Positions 19,463 through 29,735 of a stretch of DNA of 64,000 bases are shown here, one piece after another. The notes under the pieces were generated by a model that saw only the letters and a list, made by a program, of their open reading frames with translations, had not been told where the DNA came from and did no database searches. Numbering within the stretch: position 1 is the stretch's first letter; each line of letters opens with the position of its first letter. Both the position numbers and the translations under genes were made by a program. Source of the stretch: an uncultured Clostridium sp. (lineage in GTDB: Bacteria; Bacillota_I; Bacilli_A; RF39; UBA660); contig CANEGO010000005.1 of NCBI GenBank assembly GCA_947427095.1, forward strand, positions 15,021-79,020. The letters run 5' to 3'.

Positions 19463-19608
19463 ATCATTTACAGAATTTAATACTTTTTCATTTAAAATGT
19501 TCTAAAACTTTCATGCGTACCACCTTCAAAAACGTTTTTGTTTTATAGTATAATACATTTTAAAGAAAATAAATAAAAAACTAACCTTTAAGGTTAGTTA
19601 TTTTTAAG

Positions 19609-19697
19609 TGGTGCCCGAGGCCGGACTTGAACCGGCACGAGGTATGAATCTCGCAGGATTTTAAGTCCTGTGCGTCTACCAATTCCGCCACTCGGGC
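19609..19697 (-). tRNA. tRNA-Leu (anticodon UAA), type II
   Basis: GCCCGAGUGGCGGAAUUGGUAGACGC...CUUAAAA...CGGGCACCA. Terminator at 19571-19600. Confidence 0.9.
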
Positions 19698-19699
19698 AA

Positions 19700-19774
19700 T
19701 GGTGTCCTGTATGCGACTCGAACGCATGACCCTTTGATTAAAAGTCAAATGCTCTACCTACTGAGCTAACAGGA
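19700..19774 (-). tRNA. tRNA-Lys (anticodon UUU)
   Basis: GUCCUGUUAGCUCAGUAGGUAGAGC...CUUUUAA...ACAGGACACCA. Confidence 0.9.
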
Positions 19775-19791
19775 CGTACTACTAAATAAAT

Positions 19792-19866
19792 TTGGTTGCC
19801 TCGGCAAGATTCGAACTTGCGCATGTCAGAGTCAAAGTCTGATGCCTTACCACTTGGCGACGAGGC
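19792..19866 (-). tRNA. tRNA-Gln (anticodon UUG)
   Basis: UGCCUCGUCGCCAAGUGGUAAGGC...CUUUGAC...CGAGGCAACCA. Confidence 0.9.
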
Positions 19867-19874
19867 AATCTAAA

Positions 19875-19959
19875 GTGGTGGGGAGAGGTGGATTCGAACC
19901 ACCGAACCCGAAGGAACAGATTTACAGTCTGCCGCGTTTAGCCACTTCGCTATCTCCCC
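19875..19959 (-). tRNA. tRNA-Tyr (anticodon GUA), type II
   Basis: GGGGAGAUAGCGAAGUGGCUAAACGC...CUGUAAA...CUCUCCCCACCA. Confidence 0.9.
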
Positions 19960-19964
19960 GTTTA

Positions 19965-20040
<76 letters not shown>

Positions 20041-20048
20041 AATAATAA

Positions 20049-20125
20049 ATGGTGGACGCTATAGGACTCGAACCTATGACCCCCTGCTTGTAAGGCAGGT
20101 GCTCTAACCAACTGAGCTAAGCATC
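20049..20125 (-). tRNA. tRNA-Val (anticodon UAC)
   Basis: GGAUGCUUAGCUCAGUUGGUUAGAGC...CUUACAA...UAGCGUCCACCA. First gene of the six-tRNA cluster. Confidence 0.9.
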
Positions 20126-20128
20126 CAA

Positions 20129-20179
20129 ATATATACGTGAGAACGTATATAAATATATCAGTATTTTTGAGTATTGTCA
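20129..20179 (-). promoter_or_regulatory. tRNA-cluster promoter (TTGACA-17-TATATT) overlapped by a 9-bp perfect palindrome TATATACGT-N4-ACGTATATA at the TSS/leader
   Basis: Promoter hexamers and palindrome read directly. The palindrome ends 4 nt before the tRNA-Val 5' end. Confidence 0.45.
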
Positions 20180-20187
20180 AGTAAGTT

Positions 20188-20547
20188 TTACAATTTTTTG
20201 TTAATCTCTTCCATTTTCTCTTGGATCCAATTAGGCAATGCTGTTTTAAGTAAATAAAATCCAAATACTGTCTCTTTTATCTTTTTTCTCTTATTTTTTT
20301 GTAATTCATAGTTAACGTTCTTAGCAGATAATCTTAGTTGATTATGTAAATTCGGCACAGATAATATTTTAACGTTAATAACGTCCCCTATTTCAACGAA
20401 ATCAGCTATATCTCTAACGAACTTATCAGTTATTTCAGAAATATGAATAAGGCCACTATATTCATCGTCAATTGACGCAAACGCACCATATTTTTCAATC
20501 GCTGTTATTCTTGCTTTAACAACGTCTCCTTCCTTATATTTATTCAT
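20188..20547 (-). CDS. S1 RNA-binding domain protein (YugI/GSP13-like)
   Basis: S1-fold motifs. Start moved to MNKYKEGD with GGAAGGTG 7 nt upstream. Confidence 0.7.
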   Translation of the reverse strand: MNKYKEGDVVKARITAIEKYGAFASIDDEYSGLIHISEITDKFVRDIADFVEIGDVINVKILSVPNLHNQLRLSAKNVNYELQKNKRKKIKETVFGFYLLKTALPNWIQEKMEEINKKL

Positions 20548-20649
20548 AATTAGCACCTTCCAAAACACATTATATCACATATTCTATTGCTATTACAAAT
20601 TGCCTTTACTTTAATAAAGTCATGGGTTATAATTTATTTGGTGATAAAC

Positions 20650-20886
20650 ATGAAAGAAACAGAAAGAAAAATTGTAGAAATACTAGAAAAAATAAGACCA
20701 TATCTTAATAATGACGGTGGTGACGTAGAATTTATAAAGTTTAAAGATGGTATTTGTTATGTCAAACTTAAAGGTGCATGCGCAGGGTGTGCATTCGCAG
20801 ACATGACAATCCAAAACACAGTTGAAGAAATGCTTGTTTCAGAAATTCCAGAAGTAATAAAAGTGTTAAACGTAGAGGAAGCTTAA
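20650..20886 (+). CDS. NifU-like Fe-S cluster assembly protein (Nfu/YutI-like)
   Basis: CAGCAFADMT motif. Start at MKETERK with GGTGA 6 nt upstream; the track's longer start is rejected. Confidence 0.7.
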   Translation: MKETERKIVEILEKIRPYLNNDGGDVEFIKFKDGICYVKLKGACAGCAFADMTIQNTVEEMLVSEIPEVIKVLNVEEA

Positions 20887-21812
20887 ATAAAGCTTCCTTT
20901 TATTAACCAATCTACCGATGGAATATATTTGTTATATATTTTCGTCAAAAAGAAATATACATTCGTTAAAAAGGTTTCATACTCTTCTGATTTAATGGCT
21001 ATATTTTCAATTAAATCTTCGTTTAAATCCTTATTTACTATATCATCATATAAATCAAAAAAATAAGAAGGATAAAGAAGTCTTCCATAAAATAGCAACG
21101 CTTCTTTATAACTTATATAGTTATTTTTAAAATATTCAATAACTATTTCATACGCGTTCTCATTGTTAAAAAAGGCTGATTTTATGTATTCACATACATC
21201 TCTAATTCTAAAATCATAAATATATCTTAATGGATTGTATAATTCAAATAAATCATCGTTTACGTTTATTCTTTTATGGCAAACGCTAATTAACGTAGTA
21301 TCTTCCAACCCTCCTGCTTCTTTTACATATGATATTGCATTTTCTGCTAACCCTATATAATAATTTGCATAATTACATAAATTAGGATATTTTTTACTAA
21401 TTTCATTTATTTGAGCTTCAAAGTAATCATTTTTTGTTTCCCATAACGATACCCAATCATATCGGTTTAATATTTTTTCACATTCTATTCCTACCGAGTT
21501 ATTATTAATATAACACACATCGGATAAATTTATTCTGGCATCTTTATTAACATATATTTCCATTAAAACATATGGTGTATTATTAACATACGTTACTATT
21601 TTATTTTCATTATTAATTATTATTTCATGAACAAGAATTTGCTTTTCTATCATTTGTCTATTTATTTTATATAAGCAGTCCACATCAGAAATCGGCCTTT
21701 CAAATGGCTCAAAAACATACTTACAATCGAGGTAATCAAAAAAATATTTATTATCTTTATGAGAAATTTCATTAGGGTGCAAGCTGTAATAATAATTAAG
21801 TATGTTTTTCAT
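20883..21812 (-). CDS. CotS-family / YutH-like spore coat protein (kinase-like fold)
   Basis: Similar in size and pattern to B. subtilis YutH, which also sits next to the NifU-like yutI. Start at MKNILNYYY with AGGAGG upstream. Confidence 0.5.
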   Translation of the reverse strand: MKNILNYYYSLHPNEISHKDNKYFFDYLDCKYVFEPFERPISDVDCLYKINRQMIEKQILVHEIIINNENKIVTYVNNTPYVLMEIYVNKDARINLSDVCYINNNSVGIECEKILNRYDWVSLWETKNDYFEAQINEISKKYPNLCNYANYYIGLAENAISYVKEAGGLEDTTLISVCHKRINVNDDLFELYNPLRYIYDFRIRDVCEYIKSAFFNNENAYEIVIEYFKNNYISYKEALLFYGRLLYPSYFFDLYDDIVNKDLNEDLIENIAIKSEEYETFLTNVYFFLTKIYNKYIPSVDWLIKGSFI

Positions 21813-21842
21813 GAATATACCTCCTGTTAAATAATATGAAAA

Positions 21843-21868
21843 AAAGAGCATTTAAATGCTCTTTTTAG
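21843..21868. terminator. Bidirectional terminator AAAAAGAGCAUUUAAAUGCUCUUUUU
   Basis: Perfect palindrome flanked by A/T runs on both strands. Confidence 0.6.
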
Positions 21869-22057
21869 CTCAAGTATTTTTTGAATACCTTCTTAGTTAT
21901 TAGATTTTTAAAAAAATAGTTTTTCATCTATCATGTATCAATTATATTTTTCGTTTAAATGAAGTTTATTAACAAACCTGAGTTTCAAAGCAGCCTCCAC
22001 TGATACTTTTTTATAATACAGCATTCACTCAAAATCTAGATTAGTAAAAAAGAAGCC

Positions 22058-23611
22058 TTACTTAGCTTCTTCTGTTGCTCTTGTCTCTCTTATTACCGTT
22101 ACCTTAACTGTTCCTGGATATTGCATTTCTTTTTCAATTCTATCTTTAATATCACGAGCTGTTTTATAGCTTCCTACATCATCTACTTTTTCTGGCTCAA
22201 CAATTACTCTTAATTCCCTACCGGCTTGCATTGCGTAAGCTTTTTCAACGCCATCAAAATCTTTTGCAATAGATTCTAATTGTTCAAGTCTTTTTACGTA
22301 ATTTTCTAAAGAATCATTTCTAGCTCCAGGTCTTGCAGCTGATAAACTATCTGCTATAGCAACTAACACGGATATAATATTATTTGGATTTTTGTCACCG
22401 TGATGTGACTCTATAGCATTTAAAACAATATCATCTTCATCATACTTCTTAGCTAAATCCGCACCTATTTCGACATGACTTCCTTCTACTTCAAAGTCAA
22501 TTGCCTTTCCAATATCGTGAAGCAATCCGGCACGTTTTGCTAACGCTACGTTTTCACCCAATTCTGCCGCCATAATACCAGCTAAATGGGCTACTTCCTT
22601 AGAATGCTGCAAAGCATTTTGACCATAACTTGTTCTGAAATTTAACTTTCCTAAGATGGTTACTAACTCAGGGTCAAGCTTAGTAATACCAAGTTCAAAC
22701 ATGGCTTCTTCACCATATTCCCTTATTTTTACATTTAATTCTTTACAAGTTTTATCATATAATTCTTCAATTCTAGAAGGATGAATCCTTCCATCTTTTA
22801 TTAAGGATTCTATAGTCTGTTTAGCAATTTCTCTTCTTAAAGGATCAAAACTTGATAAAACTATAGCTTCAGGAGTATCATCGATAATAAGATCTACACC
22901 AGTTACAGCCTCAATCGTTCTTATATTTCTTCCTTCTCTACCTATAATTCTACCTTTCATATCATCATTAGGTAACGTAACAACACTAACAGTTTGTTCA
23001 TTAGTTACGTCTGATGCATATTTTTGCATTGATTCAACAAGTAAATTTTTTGCTTTTTTATCAACTTCTAATTTAGCCTCTGCTTCTTTTTCCTTAATAT
23101 AAGTGGAAATTTCCGCACTCATAGAAATTTCTACCTGTTTCATTATTTCTTCTTTTGCTTGTTTTTTAGAGAAACTAGATATTTTCTCTAATTTTTCTAT
23201 TTGTTCTTTAATTATATTTTCTGCCTTTTCTTCTAATTTTTGAATATCTTTTTGCTTTTTTACAATTCCATTTTCTTTTTCATCTAACATTTGTTCACGA
23301 TTTTGAAGTAAACCATCACGTCTATCAATACTATTTTCACGTTGTAACAAACGCTCTTCGTTTTCTTTCATTTCTTGTTTTTTTTCTTTTATTTCTTTAT
23401 CAGTTTCTAACTTTAATTTATAAGCCTCTTCTTTTGCTTCTAAAAGAGCATCTCTTTTTGCTTTTTCCGCTTCTTTTTTTGCCTTTTCAATTATATTAGA
23501 GGCTTTGTGTTCCTCATTTTTCTTCTTTATTGTCATTATGACAAATGCGATAATCGCGCCAACAAATAATCCAACTATTAGAAGTAAAACAGGAATCAAT
23601 ATATTTCCCAT
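22058..23611 (-). CDS. rny: Ribonuclease Y
   Basis: N-terminal TM helix, coiled-coil, KH and HD domains (HDIGK). Terminator hairpin overlaps the stop at 22041-22066. Confidence 0.95.
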   Translation of the reverse strand: MGNILIPVLLLIVGLFVGAIIAFVIMTIKKKNEEHKASNIIEKAKKEAEKAKRDALLEAKEEAYKLKLETDKEIKEKKQEMKENEERLLQRENSIDRRDGLLQNREQMLDEKENGIVKKQKDIQKLEEKAENIIKEQIEKLEKISSFSKKQAKEEIMKQVEISMSAEISTYIKEKEAEAKLEVDKKAKNLLVESMQKYASDVTNEQTVSVVTLPNDDMKGRIIGREGRNIRTIEAVTGVDLIIDDTPEAIVLSSFDPLRREIAKQTIESLIKDGRIHPSRIEELYDKTCKELNVKIREYGEEAMFELGITKLDPELVTILGKLNFRTSYGQNALQHSKEVAHLAGIMAAELGENVALAKRAGLLHDIGKAIDFEVEGSHVEIGADLAKKYDEDDIVLNAIESHHGDKNPNNIISVLVAIADSLSAARPGARNDSLENYVKRLEQLESIAKDFDGVEKAYAMQAGRELRVIVEPEKVDDVGSYKTARDIKDRIEKEMQYPGTVKVTVIRETRATEEAK

Positions 23612-23784
23612 TTTAATTCCTCCTTATTATGTATAATCAATATACAACTCTATTGTAAAATTTATCTGGTTTAATGTCAAGGAAAGAGATAAATAAAAAA
23701 AATAATTAACGTAAATTAATTATCTTTTTATCAGTATTATTTGTTTCTTATTAAATCATACATAAAACATCGTAATAGCTTAAT

Positions 23785-24846
23785 TTAAAAAAGCTTATCA
23801 ATTATTTTTGAAAACCATCCCTTTTTATTATCATCATGTTTTTCTTTTACAGTAATATATAGTTTTTCTTTATGAATAATCTTGTTACCGAGTTTTATAA
23901 TAGCTTCTCCTACCTGTTCGTTATTTTTATACTTATCTTTATCCTTTAACTTATAATCAATGTTTATAAGTTCCTTTTCTGACGAAGTGATAGGATAATA
24001 ATAATCGTCTAAGGCATATATATTTTTGTTAGGAAGATTCATTTTATCCTTGTCAAAAACTTTAAACATACTATAGTTTTTAAAACCATACTCATATAAT
24101 TCCTTATGGTTCTGGAAATCATTTCCATCATTTAAAGTCACAACAATTAAATTCATATCATTTTTACTAGCGGAGGTAACAAGTGTTCGATGTGCTTTTT
24201 CGGTATACCCCGTTTTACCACCGGTAGTATATTTATAACTATATAAAAGTTTATTCTTATTTGACCAAACATAAGTTTTTTCTTCAGTTTTAACCGTATG
24301 TTTTTTAGTTCCAACTATCTTTTTAAACTCTGGCAAACTATTTGCATAACGCATTAAAATAGCCATATCATACGCGGTTGAATAATTCTGTGTCTTTTCA
24401 TCTAATCCATGTGGATTAGCAAATGTAGTATTTTTCATTCCAATTTGCTTTGCTTTTTTATTCATCTTATCAACAAACTTCTCTTCTCCACCTAAATAAT
24501 CTGCAATCATTAATGCTGCGTCATTCCCACTTTGCATCATAAGACCATATACCATGTCCTCTAATTTCATCTTTTCTCCAATACTTAAATAAATAGCTGA
24601 CCCATATGATTCTAAAACTTTATCATTAACTTTTACCATCTTATTCATCTTTCTAGATTCAATCGCTATTACGGCAGTCATTATCTTGGTGGTTGACGCA
24701 ATTAATTTTTTCTTAGTCATATTTTTAGATATTAAAACCCTTTTTGTATCCTCTTCCATGAGTACTGCAGCTTCTCCTAAACTATAAGCATTTATCTTTA
24801 TTGGAATAATTAAAAGTAAAAATAACACTACAAAAAGTTTTTTCAT
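23785..24846 (-). CDS. D-alanyl-D-alanine carboxypeptidase (PBP5/DacB/DacF-like)
   Basis: Signal peptide plus STTK (SxxK), SGN and KTG motifs. Confidence 0.85.
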   Translation of the reverse strand: MKKLFVVLFLLLIIPIKINAYSLGEAAVLMEEDTKRVLISKNMTKKKLIASTTKIMTAVIAIESRKMNKMVKVNDKVLESYGSAIYLSIGEKMKLEDMVYGLMMQSGNDAALMIADYLGGEEKFVDKMNKKAKQIGMKNTTFANPHGLDEKTQNYSTAYDMAILMRYANSLPEFKKIVGTKKHTVKTEEKTYVWSNKNKLLYSYKYTTGGKTGYTEKAHRTLVTSASKNDMNLIVVTLNDGNDFQNHKELYEYGFKNYSMFKVFDKDKMNLPNKNIYALDDYYYPITSSEKELINIDYKLKDKDKYKNNEQVGEAIIKLGNKIIHKEKLYITVKEKHDDNKKGWFSKIIDKLF

Positions 24847-24898
24847 ATCGTATCACCTAAAACATTGTATGAAAAAAAGACTTCAAATATTAAAGCCT

Positions 24899-25369
24899 TT
24901 ATTCCATAAATGAACTAGGATGATAAACTGTTATTCCCATTTCTTCCGCTTTTCTTAAGACATCTAATCTATCATCAATAAAAACAGCATCTTTTAAATT
25001 AAAATAATATTTTTTAGAATATTCTACTATCACTTCTGGTTTAAGCATTGTAGAGGAAATAAATACCATATTTTCTTTTTTAAACCAAGGATAATTTTTT
25101 TCAAGCCAAACTAGTTTCTGATTAATTTCATTATTGCATACTACTGTCCCTAAAATAAATATTTTATCAGCATTAAGCTTTGAAGTAATATTTTGCATAG
25201 TTTTAAGTGGTCTAGAATTTATAAATAAATTACCAAATAATAAATCTTCAAGAGTTTGGCATCCCAGGTTAGGGTTTTTGCTAACATAAACTTTGTTATG
25301 ATATCTATATTCATTTAAAGTACCATCAACATCAAAAAATACATACTTATCTTTTAATTTTTCTATCAA
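24899..25369 (-). CDS. HAD-superfamily hydrolase (5'(3')-deoxyribonucleotidase-like)
   Basis: FFDVDGTL motif I. Start reassigned to a TTG with GAGGTGA 6 nt upstream, because the track start lies inside the htpG terminator. Confidence 0.55.
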   Translation of the reverse strand: MIEKLKDKYVFFDVDGTLNEYRYHNKVYVSKNPNLGCQTLEDLLFGNLFINSRPLKTMQNITSKLNADKIFILGTVVCNNEINQKLVWLEKNYPWFKKENMVFISSTMLKPEVIVEYSKKYYFNLKDAVFIDDRLDVLRKAEEMGITVYHPSSFME

Positions 25370-25418
25370 TTGAATCACCTCGTTACTAATTATAACAAAA
25401 GAAGACTTAATTGTCTTC

Positions 25419-27278
25419 TCATTTAGATAACATCTCACATACCAAATTACTTAATTCAGTTGGATTGGAAACAGGAAGTCCCTCTATTAATCTTGCTTCG
25501 TTATATAAAATCTTTGTATACTTCTTTAACGTTTCTTTATCGTTTTCATATAAGTCTTTTATCTTATCTGCTATATCATGTGATTCATTTATTTCAAGAA
25601 CTAACTTAGCGTTAATATGTTCATCAGTTGGCATAGCATTTATTACCTTTTGCATTTCTACGGTTACTTCCCCATCACTAGTTAAACATATTGGATGGTT
25701 CTTTAACTTATTGGTATATCTTATTTGTGATACCTCGTTATCTAAGCATTCTTTCATGAAATCAAACATCTCTTTTTCTTCTTCATTCTTTTTATTTAAC
25801 GCTTCTTTTTCTTCTTTGCTTGATAAATCAAAATCATTAGATGATACGTTAACGAACTTTTTATCTTCGTATTTATCTAACATTTTAAGAACAAATTCAT
25901 CTACGTAGTCAATTAAGTATAATACTTCTTTATCATTATCTTTTAAACTTTCAACTTGAGGCATCATATCTATTTTATCTATTGTTTCACCACAAGCATA
26001 ATAAATGGTATCTTCATTTTCATTCATCCTTGATACGTATTCTTTTAAAGTAACATTCTTCTTTTCCTTAGATGAATAAAATATTATTAAATCTTTTAAT
26101 TCATCTTTTTTAGCTCCATAATTATCATATACACCATATTTTATGTTTACTCCAAAAGTTTTAAAGAAAGCTTCATAGTTTTCTCTATCATTTTCAAGCA
26201 TACTTTGAAGTTCTTTTAATACTTTTTTCTCAATGTTTTTTGCAATTACTTTAAGTTGTCTGTTTTGCTGCAACATTTCCCTTGAGATATTAAGTGATAA
26301 ATCAGGTGAATCTACAACACCTTTTACGAAGTTTAGGTAATCTGGTAATAAATCTTCGCATTTTTCCATTATTAGAACTCCATTTGAGTATAGTTCTAAT
26401 CCCTTTTTATATTCTTTAGTATAAAAATCATAAGGAGGATTTGCAGGAATAAACATTAATGCATCATAGCTAACTAATCCTTCTGCGTTAGTGTGAATTA
26501 CCTTAAGAGGCTTAGCATAATCAAAGAATTTATCCTGATAAAAACTATTATATTCTTCCTCTTTTATTTTCTTTTTATTTTTCTTCCATAATGGAACCAT
26601 ACTATTTATTGCATCGGTTTCTGTTACTTTTTTTGTTTCTTCATCTACCATATCCATCTTTATAGGATATGTTACGTAATCAGAATATTTTTTTACTAAA
26701 CCTTGAATTTTAAATTCTTCTAAATATTCATCATAGTTTTCTTCGTTTTCATTTTCCTTAATGTGTAAAGTAATTGTTGTACCTGCCATTTCTTTATCAC
26801 AAGAGGTTATCTCATAACCATCTGCTCCAGTAGATACCCAACGATAAGCTTCATCTGACCCTGCTTTTTTACTTTCTACGGTAACTTTATCTGCCACCAT
26901 AAAGCTTGAATAAAAACCAACACCAAATTGACCTATTATGTTAGTTTTATCTTTTTTATCTAATGCTTCTTTAAATGCTAAAGAACCACTTTTAGCAATG
27001 GTACCTAAGTTTTCTGCAAGTTCTTCTTTATCCATTCCAATACCATTATCAGAAATAGTAAGTAGTCTTTTTTCCTTATCAATATTTATTTTAATACCTA
27101 ATTTCTTTTTATCTACTTTAAGCCTCTTATTAGTTAAGGACTCGTAAGATAATTTATCTAATGCATCATTAGCATTTGAAATGAGTTCTCTTAAGAATAT
27201 TTCTTTATTAGTATAAATTGAATTAATCATTAAATCTAATAATTTCTTAGATTCAGCTTTAAATTGTCTTTTAGACAT
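25419..27278 (-). CDS. htpG: Molecular chaperone HtpG (Hsp90)
   Basis: 619 aa with an N-terminal GHKL ATPase (NKEIFLRELISNANDALDK) and the IGQFGVGFYS motif. Confidence 0.95.
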   Translation of the reverse strand: MSKRQFKAESKKLLDLMINSIYTNKEIFLRELISNANDALDKLSYESLTNKRLKVDKKKLGIKINIDKEKRLLTISDNGIGMDKEELAENLGTIAKSGSLAFKEALDKKDKTNIIGQFGVGFYSSFMVADKVTVESKKAGSDEAYRWVSTGADGYEITSCDKEMAGTTITLHIKENENEENYDEYLEEFKIQGLVKKYSDYVTYPIKMDMVDEETKKVTETDAINSMVPLWKKNKKKIKEEEYNSFYQDKFFDYAKPLKVIHTNAEGLVSYDALMFIPANPPYDFYTKEYKKGLELYSNGVLIMEKCEDLLPDYLNFVKGVVDSPDLSLNISREMLQQNRQLKVIAKNIEKKVLKELQSMLENDRENYEAFFKTFGVNIKYGVYDNYGAKKDELKDLIIFYSSKEKKNVTLKEYVSRMNENEDTIYYACGETIDKIDMMPQVESLKDNDKEVLYLIDYVDEFVLKMLDKYEDKKFVNVSSNDFDLSSKEEKEALNKKNEEEKEMFDFMKECLDNEVSQIRYTNKLKNHPICLTSDGEVTVEMQKVINAMPTDEHINAKLVLEINESHDIADKIKDLYENDKETLKKYTKILYNEARLIEGLPVSNPTELSNLVCEMLSK

Positions 27279-27312
27279 AAAATCATCTCCTCAAATATGT
27301 TTGCTTACTTCG

Positions 27313-27355
27313 ATTATAATACCATTTTTTAGCAAAGTCAATATCAGAGTGCTAA
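27313..27355 (-). promoter_or_regulatory. htpG promoter TTGACT-17-TATAAT overlapped by a CIRCE-like inverted repeat TTAGCACTC-N9-CTTTGCTAA
   Basis: One arm is a perfect CIRCE half-site (TTAGCACTC/GAGTGCTAA); the other matches 6/9. The 9-nt spacer is conserved. Confidence 0.5.
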
Positions 27356-27393
27356 CTAATTATTAAAAAAAATTAAGAGAAAAACCCTTAATT

Positions 27394-27930
27394 TTAATAT
27401 AATCCATGAAGCTTAGATATGTCATCACTAGATAATTGATTTACTTTCCACATACCGTTTTCTTTGGTTAGGGATAGCTCAATAGTATGAGTAGTAGTAT
27501 CAGTTACTTCTTGCATTTTTTCTATTTTATAATCCATGTATTTTTCCTCAGAAAAATTTCCTTCTTCATTATTAAATTTATCAGGATTAGATTTTAATTC
27601 TTCTTCGGCCTTTAATACTGCACTTCTATAATTAAGCACCGTTAATTCTACCGTTGCCACAGCTTCATCTTTTTCTTCTTTTATATCTTTTATAACATAT
27701 GCAAAACTATCATATTGCTTTTCCATAAGATCTTGATATTTTTCTTTAGATTCATCATTTAAATCTTCGTTTTTGATAGTATCTATTAGCTGTGTTATTA
27801 TATCATCATCTTTAGCACGATACTTTTCAAAGAAAGTTTCTACAGCTTCCTCTGGCTTATTATCGTTCATACTGCAACTACATCCAGTAAAAAGTAAAAC
27901 CGCACACAAAACAACCAAAATTTTTTTCAT
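27394..27930 (-). CDS. Lipoprotein, function unknown
   Basis: Signal peptide with an LLFTGCS lipobox. Confidence 0.5.
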   Translation of the reverse strand: MKKILVVLCAVLLFTGCSCSMNDNKPEEAVETFFEKYRAKDDDIITQLIDTIKNEDLNDESKEKYQDLMEKQYDSFAYVIKDIKEEKDEAVATVELTVLNYRSAVLKAEEELKSNPDKFNNEEGNFSEEKYMDYKIEKMQEVTDTTTHTIELSLTKENGMWKVNQLSSDDISKLHGLY

Positions 27931-27977
27931 TTTTATCCTCCTTCAGTAATAATTTGGCAGGAAATTCTTTTTTTATA

Positions 27978-28616
27978 CTATTTTTTTACAACTTTAATAA
28001 GACCACTTAATTTTTCTATAACGTTAAAATTAGCTGTTTCAACTTGTTTTACTAGCTCGTTATAAGCTTTTTCTTCATCCTTAGTTTCCTTATCAAAGCA
28101 TTCTAAATACATATACATAATTTCAAGGTCACCTTTATTTTCATAAATAGACTTTAAGTATTCCAATAATGATTCAATAGTTTTATACTCTTTTCTAGTA
28201 TAATTTCCTCTAACGTTGCAAACCGATATAATATTATAATCTATTATCGTTTCTTCTAGATTAAAACAAGACGTTATAATATCGTCTGACTCATCAAATA
28301 AAAGGTTACTTTTTCCAATTAAATTTCCATTAGAATCAAATGTAAATGCTAAGGCTTTACAGTCAGAAAATAAAACACATGCATATTTTTCTACCTTAAC
28401 TATACCTTTACAAAATACTTCGGTTTTATCTTCTATTTTTTTTAAAAAATCCGTACTCACTAACAACTCATTATTATAAAAGTCAAGTAAACAAGCGCTA
28501 GAAACCCTAAAAGTTGGAATTGTTTTGATATGTTTTATGTCATCATTTTTATTCCATTCATAAAATTCATACGCTCTTTTTTTAAAATTCACCAGAATAT
28601 CATATGTGTTTTTCAT
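27978..28616 (-). CDS. Hypothetical protein
   Basis: 212-aa ORF. Confidence 0.45.
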   Translation of the reverse strand: MKNTYDILVNFKKRAYEFYEWNKNDDIKHIKTIPTFRVSSACLLDFYNNELLVSTDFLKKIEDKTEVFCKGIVKVEKYACVLFSDCKALAFTFDSNGNLIGKSNLLFDESDDIITSCFNLEETIIDYNIISVCNVRGNYTRKEYKTIESLLEYLKSIYENKGDLEIMYMYLECFDKETKDEEKAYNELVKQVETANFNVIEKLSGLIKVVKK

Positions 28617-28830
28617 TTTTATCTCCTTTTAGTAAAATCGAAACATTAAGTAATACAAATCCTATTATTAAATAATAAAATTCGGGTAATTTTATTATAT
28701 AACAGATGTATTCTTTAAAATTATACCCAAAGCCAAATAAATTTATGTATAAAATTAAGGTTGAAAGTCCAAGTACCATTAGAGCAAATCCCAATAAAAA
28801 TAAAAAAATTTTTAAAGCCATCTTAATCAC
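28600..28830 (-). CDS. Small membrane protein (2 TM helices), hypothetical
   Basis: 76-aa hydrophobic ORF overlapping the downstream gene's start. Confidence 0.35.
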   Translation of the reverse strand: MIKMALKIFLFLLGFALMVLGLSTLILYINLFGFGYNFKEYICYIIKLPEFYYLIIGFVLLNVSILLKGDKNEKHI

Positions 28831-28897
28831 CTAATAAATATTATTTATTTTAAACTTATTTTAGTATATAATGTAATAGAAAGTAAGGAGAGATATA

Positions 28898-29710
28898 ATG
28901 AACATAATAAAAGTTATTCAGTATGTTTTTTTAGGAATAATTCAAGGTTTTACTGAGCCAATACCAATTTCTTCAAGTGGGCATCTTTTAATTTTTAAAA
29001 AGTTATTTAACTTTGATATGTTAAATGACATTAATTTTGAAATCGTAGTTAACTTTGGATCTTTTCTAGCAATTTTATTTTTATATAGAAAAGAAATTAT
29101 AAAAATAATATCTGATTTTTTTGGATTTGTTAAAACAAAAAAAGATACCTATAAAGAGAATTATAAGTATGCATGGTTAATTGTTATAGGAACCATACCT
29201 GCGGGAATATTTGGAATAATCCTAAAAGATAAAATAGATGCTATATCAAATAACGTAAAGCTAGTTGGGCTTGCTCTTTTAATAACTTCGCTAGCACTTT
29301 TCTTAATAAAGGATATGAAGGGGAAAAAAGAAAAAAAAGAAATAACCTACCTCGATGCATTAACAGTTGGATTATTTCAAGTTATTGCTTTATTTCCAGG
29401 TATATCAAGAAGTGGATCTACGGTAGTAGGTGCTATGACAAGAGATTTTAAAAGACAAACCGCAGTAAACTATTCTTTTATGTTATATTTACCTATTAGC
29501 GTAGCAACCATGATACTAGGAATAAAAGATTTAATAAATACCCCTAACATTTCTAATTTATTTTTACCATACATGCTTGGAATGATAACAAGTATGATAG
29601 TTACCTACTTTAGTGCAAAATGGTTTATAAATATAATGAAAAAAGGAAAATTAGGTTATTTTTCAATATACTGTTTGGTAGTTGGAATACTCGTAATATT
29701 ATTTTTATAA
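28898..29710 (+). CDS. uppP: Undecaprenyl-diphosphatase
   Basis: BacA family PGISRSG motif. Bidirectional terminator at 29713-29742. Confidence 0.9.
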   Translation: MNIIKVIQYVFLGIIQGFTEPIPISSSGHLLIFKKLFNFDMLNDINFEIVVNFGSFLAILFLYRKEIIKIISDFFGFVKTKKDTYKENYKYAWLIVIGTIPAGIFGIILKDKIDAISNNVKLVGLALLITSLALFLIKDMKGKKEKKEITYLDALTVGLFQVIALFPGISRSGSTVVGAMTRDFKRQTAVNYSFMLYLPISVATMILGIKDLINTPNISNLFLPYMLGMITSMIVTYFSAKWFINIMKKGKLGYFSIYCLVVGILVILFL

Positions 29711-29735
29711 AAAGAGATTCATTTTAGAATCTCTT

